Origin: a virus
Lineage: Duplodnaviria; Heunggongvirae; Uroviricota; Caudoviricetes
DNA length: 17,306 nt
Reading direction: 5' to 3' (one strand)
Virus record (IMG/VR): IMGVR_UViG_3300019888_000209
Positions 14,257 through 17,306 of the stretch are shown in pieces. The notes beneath the pieces were generated by a model. That model did not search any database and was not told the DNA's origin. It worked only from the letters and a program-made list of their open reading frames with translations. The position numbers were made by a program, and so were the translations under genes. Every line of letters starts with the position of its first letter. Position 1 is the first letter of the stretch.

Positions 14257-14472
14257 ATGCCAAGCCAGGCCATCAACGGAGCAAACTATCTATCAGCGCC
14301 GCAGATCGCGCGCGCACTCGGGCGCAATCCCGTGAGCATTTATCGCGTGATCAAACGCAAACGGATTACAGCCGCTATCGAGCTTAACGGCTTTAAGTTC
14401 TACTCGTGCGCCGTAAAAGCGAAGATCGAGAAGTCGATGCGCCGCAGAAACGGTCACAAGAACGGAGATTGA
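14257..14472 (+). CDS. HTH DNA-binding protein (HTH_17/MerR-like, 71 aa)
   Basis: YLSAPQIARALGRNPVSIYRVIKRKRI is an HTH pattern. Lies directly upstream of the primase-helicase. Confidence 0.8.
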   Translation: MPSQAINGANYLSAPQIARALGRNPVSIYRVIKRKRITAAIELNGFKFYSCAVKAKIEKSMRRRNGHKNGD

Positions 14473-14476
14473 CCGC

Positions 14477-17306
14477 GTGACTTATCCTCCCCACATCTGG
14501 CAAGCTGCCTTTCAGGCGTTGCCACTGCCTCGCTTGATGACTCATCTAGGAGATGGTCACCATGGCAAAAAAAATGCGGAGTGTCCATTCTGCCAGGCCA
14601 AGGGCGGCACGTGGAGCGTTTACGAGAAGAACGGCCGCTACCTCTTCAAGTGCCACAACGCTAAACCCGTCTGTGTAGCAAACGAGACCGCGCCGGACGT
14701 GGGCCATGGCGAGATTGGGTATCTCGTGCTCCGGAAAGGCTACAGCGTGGACGAGGCCAAGGAGGAATATCTCAATCTGGCCGTGCCGCACCTGCTCGAA
14801 GAATTTCATCGCAAGCAGAGAAAGGAAGGTGATATAAAACGAACCAATGCACCTGTAGCAATCCAATCGCAGGAGTCCACGAGCGATTCTGCCCAGCACT
14901 TGGTAAGTAACGCCGCGCCGACCGTTCAAACCGCAGGCGCGGCGCCCAAAGAACCGTCCGATCTTTCTGTGCCGCCTAATCCCCCAAAGCCGCCCGCGGA
15001 GCTGCCTGCCGAGCCGCCACCAGATCAGCCGCTCGTTTGGGACGCGCTCTGGCGCAGGCTCGTGCTCACACCGCGTGACAGAACAAAGCTCATGCAGCAG
15101 CGCGGTTTCTCGGAAGAGACGATCAAGATTCTCGGATTCAAGTCGAACAACCAATCGAATCTCGTCCACCTAAAGTCGCTCACAGACGACTACCCGATGG
15201 AGCTTTTACTGGCCGAAGGCATCTACAAAATTTATCGGGACGGCCCCGGACCAAACCGGCAGCTTTATGGATGGGGACTCAAGCGCAAAGCACGAAAGGA
15301 AGGCGACGACGATACCTGGGATTGGGTCGAACCGATTCTCATTCCCTACCTTACAGCGAGCGGGGCATGCTCATACCTGCGCCCGCACAAGGGCGGAGTT
15401 TCTGGCGAACGGCGCGAAGATGAGGACGACGAGGAAGCGTCTTGCTCGGCGCACGTTTATAGCCCGTTTCTGTTATCCAACACGGCGGCGACAATCGAGG
15501 GCACCGCGATTCTGTGCGAGGGCGAATTCAAAGCCGCTGCGGTTTACCAGTGCGGCATACCCTCACTGGCGATTCCAGGGATTAGCTTTGTTCGTAACCG
15601 CGCGTTCCGCGAGGAACTGCTCGCGCTTATTCGCACGTTCGGCGTCACCGATTTGATAATTTGCTTCGACAATGAAATCAAAGACGACCCGGCTTTTCCC
15701 GACCGCTACAAGCCAGATCCCACCGACAGGTATGACACCCAAATGTGGGCCGAGTACATCGCGATTGATCTAACGCGTGAGTATTTCGGACCAAACAAGG
15801 GCCGCGTCACGATCGGCATCCTTCCGGATAATCTACACGAGAACGGAAAAGCCGATTTCGATTCAGCTCTCTCTTACTTCGTCCGACAGCAGCGCGACGT
15901 CACGCGCGGCACCAATTCCGCACGCAAAATTTTCAAGAGCGTCATCGACGATGCGCGCCCACATCGTCAGGCCCGAGAACTTTTCCCGAGCGAATCGCGC
16001 CGCATCATTGAGTGGAAACTGCAACGGCTCTTCTATAAACCACTCGTTCCTTCCGGTGGCGAGAAAGAGCTGCGGCTTGCTAATCAATACAAGGCGATCG
16101 GTGAACACGATCTCTCGAAAGCTTACCGCTCCATTGTCGGCTGCTACTACCAGCGCGTTAAACCTGAGCGCGACCAAATAAAAATGCTCCTGGAAGCCGC
16201 GCGTAAGTCGGATGGCCTTGTCGATAACGCTAAGGCCGCGGGAGTAAACGGCAGCGAGCTTCGTAAGCTCCGCTTGAACGCGCGAGCAGCCTGGGATCAC
16301 GTGAAAGGCGCGCCCGAGCCCGTCTCGGATTTCGTGCTTACTTGCGAATTTAAGCTTCACACCAGCGATCAAAAAGCCATCCGCCTGGTCAAGATTCGCA
16401 ACCGGAATGACTCCGGCAAATCAGAAGGCCGCCTTTTGCGCCTCACAGGCGCTGAAATGGCGCGCGGTCCGGAGTTCATGCGCTGGTGTTACGACACCGG
16501 CCACGCTTGCTGGAAAGGCGGCCAACGGTTGCTCTCGCATCTGTGCGAAGACATGGATCACCACTCATACCTGCGCGACATCTTCGAGATAAATTACTAC
16601 GGTTATCACGCCGAGTCCGGCATCTGGTTCTTCGGCGATTGCGCGTTTGGACCAAACGGCGATCGCATCGAGGCCGACAAGAACAACATCTTTTGGAACG
16701 CCGGCATCGGATATCAGATTGATTCATCCATTGAAGACCGAGGCACCACTTTCGAGCAAGGCGCGCCGCTTATGCTCTCCCCGCACGGCGCCGTCGCGAA
16801 GGACGCCAAAGTCGATGTCGGTGAGTTACTCCAAGATCTCTGCCACGATATGCTCTTAACAATTGGCGGATACGACGCATGGTTCATGCTGGGCCTGGTC
16901 TTCGCTTACGCCGCGTCGCCCGAGCTGTTCACAAAGTTTGGTGGCCATCCGAGCATTTGGCTGGCTGGTATCACTTCGGAAGGTAAGACCACCATCGCCC
17001 GCTGGATCATGCGCGTCTGGGGTTTTAAACATTTGACGGGAATCCGTATCAATAAAGGCACAACGCACGTCGCAATGAACCGCAACCTCGCGCAATACTC
17101 ATGCTTGCCCGTTTGGTTCGACGAATATCGCAAAACCGAGATAGATCCCGACAAGGAAGCCGTTCTCCGCGGTGCTTTCGATCGCAACTCCGCTTCGAAA
17201 GGCTTAATGGATCACAGCAATCGCACGCGCAGCGCCCGATTGTTTACCACGCCCATCGTCAGCGGCGAATCCAGCTCGAGTGACGGCGCAACGCGCTCAC
17301 GCTACG
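14477..17306 (+). CDS. Zn-finger/TOPRIM primase fused to a P-loop helicase; 3'-truncated by the window edge (>=943 aa)
   Basis: Translated by hand: the frame is open from GTG 14477 to the window end. CPFC-x19-CHNAKPVC (14582-14674), TOPRIM EGEFK (15518-15532) with a later FDNE/DFD, Walker A GITSEGKT (16967-16990) and Walker B VWFDE (17111-17125). Confidence 0.9.
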   Translation, partial: MTYPPHIWQAAFQALPLPRLMTHLGDGHHGKKNAECPFCQAKGGTWSVYEKNGRYLFKCHNAKPVCVANETAPDVGHGEIGYLVLRKGYSVDEAKEEYLNLAVPHLLEEFHRKQRKEGDIKRTNAPVAIQSQESTSDSAQHLVSNAAPTVQTAGAAPKEPSDLSVPPNPPKPPAELPAEPPPDQPLVWDALWRRLVLTPRDRTKLMQQRGFSEETIKILGFKSNNQSNLVHLKSLTDDYPMELLLAEGIYKIYRDGPGPNRQLYGWGLKRKARKEGDDDTWDWVEPILIPYLTASGACSYLRPHKGGVSGERREDEDDEEASCSAHVYSPFLLSNTAATIEGTAILCEGEFKAAAVYQCGIPSLAIPGISFVRNRAFREELLALIRTFGVTDLIICFDNEIKDDPAFPDRYKPDPTDRYDTQMWAEYIAIDLTREYFGPNKGRVTIGILPDNLHENGKADFDSALSYFVRQQRDVTRGTNSARKIFKSVIDDARPHRQARELFPSESRRIIEWKLQRLFYKPLVPSGGEKELRLANQYKAIGEHDLSKAYRSIVGCYYQRVKPERDQIKMLLEAARKSDGLVDNAKAAGVNGSELRKLRLNARAAWDHVKGAPEPVSDFVLTCEFKLHTSDQKAIRLVKIRNRNDSGKSEGRLLRLTGAEMARGPEFMRWCYDTGHACWKGGQRLLSHLCEDMDHHSYLRDIFEINYYGYHAESGIWFFGDCAFGPNGDRIEADKNNIFWNAGIGYQIDSSIEDRGTTFEQGAPLMLSPHGAVAKDAKVDVGELLQDLCHDMLLTIGGYDAWFMLGLVFAYAASPELFTKFGGHPSIWLAGITSEGKTTIARWIMRVWGFKHLTGIRINKGTTHVAMNRNLAQYSCLPVWFDEYRKTEIDPDKEAVLRGAFDRNSASKGLMDHSNRTRSARLFTTPIVSGESSSSDGATRSRY

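Larger units (their letters stand above)
1..17306. mobile_element. Temperate phage / prophage-like element (partial; continues beyond at least the right edge)
   Basis: Integrase, excisionase-like gene, XRE repressor, tail/baseplate-like genes and a primase-helicase occur together in dense operons with overlapping stop/start codons. No host housekeeping gene is seen. Confidence 0.88.

Noticed and set aside
14546-17283. ORF-track entries in this interval (e.g. 14546-15169, 15863-16372, 15267-15656)
   Set aside because: They are shadow frames of the long primase-helicase ORF and carry no recognisable motifs.
1-17306. tRNA/rRNA genes and att core
   Set aside because: No cloverleaf or rRNA-like segment was noticed. 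An att core cannot be identified without both element ends.

Overview
The whole window looks like part of a temperate phage or phage-like integrative element. Left to right: a tyrosine integrase (+); a translationally coupled leftward early operon ending in an excisionase-like gene that overlaps the integrase 3' end; an XRE-HTH repressor (+); an ~11 kb leftward operon (14111 to 3488) with putative tail/baseplate genes, a 733-aa Ser/Thr-rich protein and five glycan-modifying genes (GT-A, Stealth-like, DUF616-like, SAM methyltransferase, GT2); then, divergently, an HTH gene and a >940-aa Zn-finger/TOPRIM/P-loop primase-helicase. The primase-helicase runs off the right edge and is missing from the supplied ORF track. 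No terminase, portal, capsid or tape-measure gene is visible. The clearest unexplained structure is a family of imperfect inverted repeats with arms built from up to three 8-10 bp units (core CACGRA, or the related CCAGGAA). They sit at four consecutive gene junctions of the glycan cluster and at one junction in the tail block, and also form long-range inverted and direct pairs around gene blocks. Protein family calls come from recognising motifs by eye; no database search was run.
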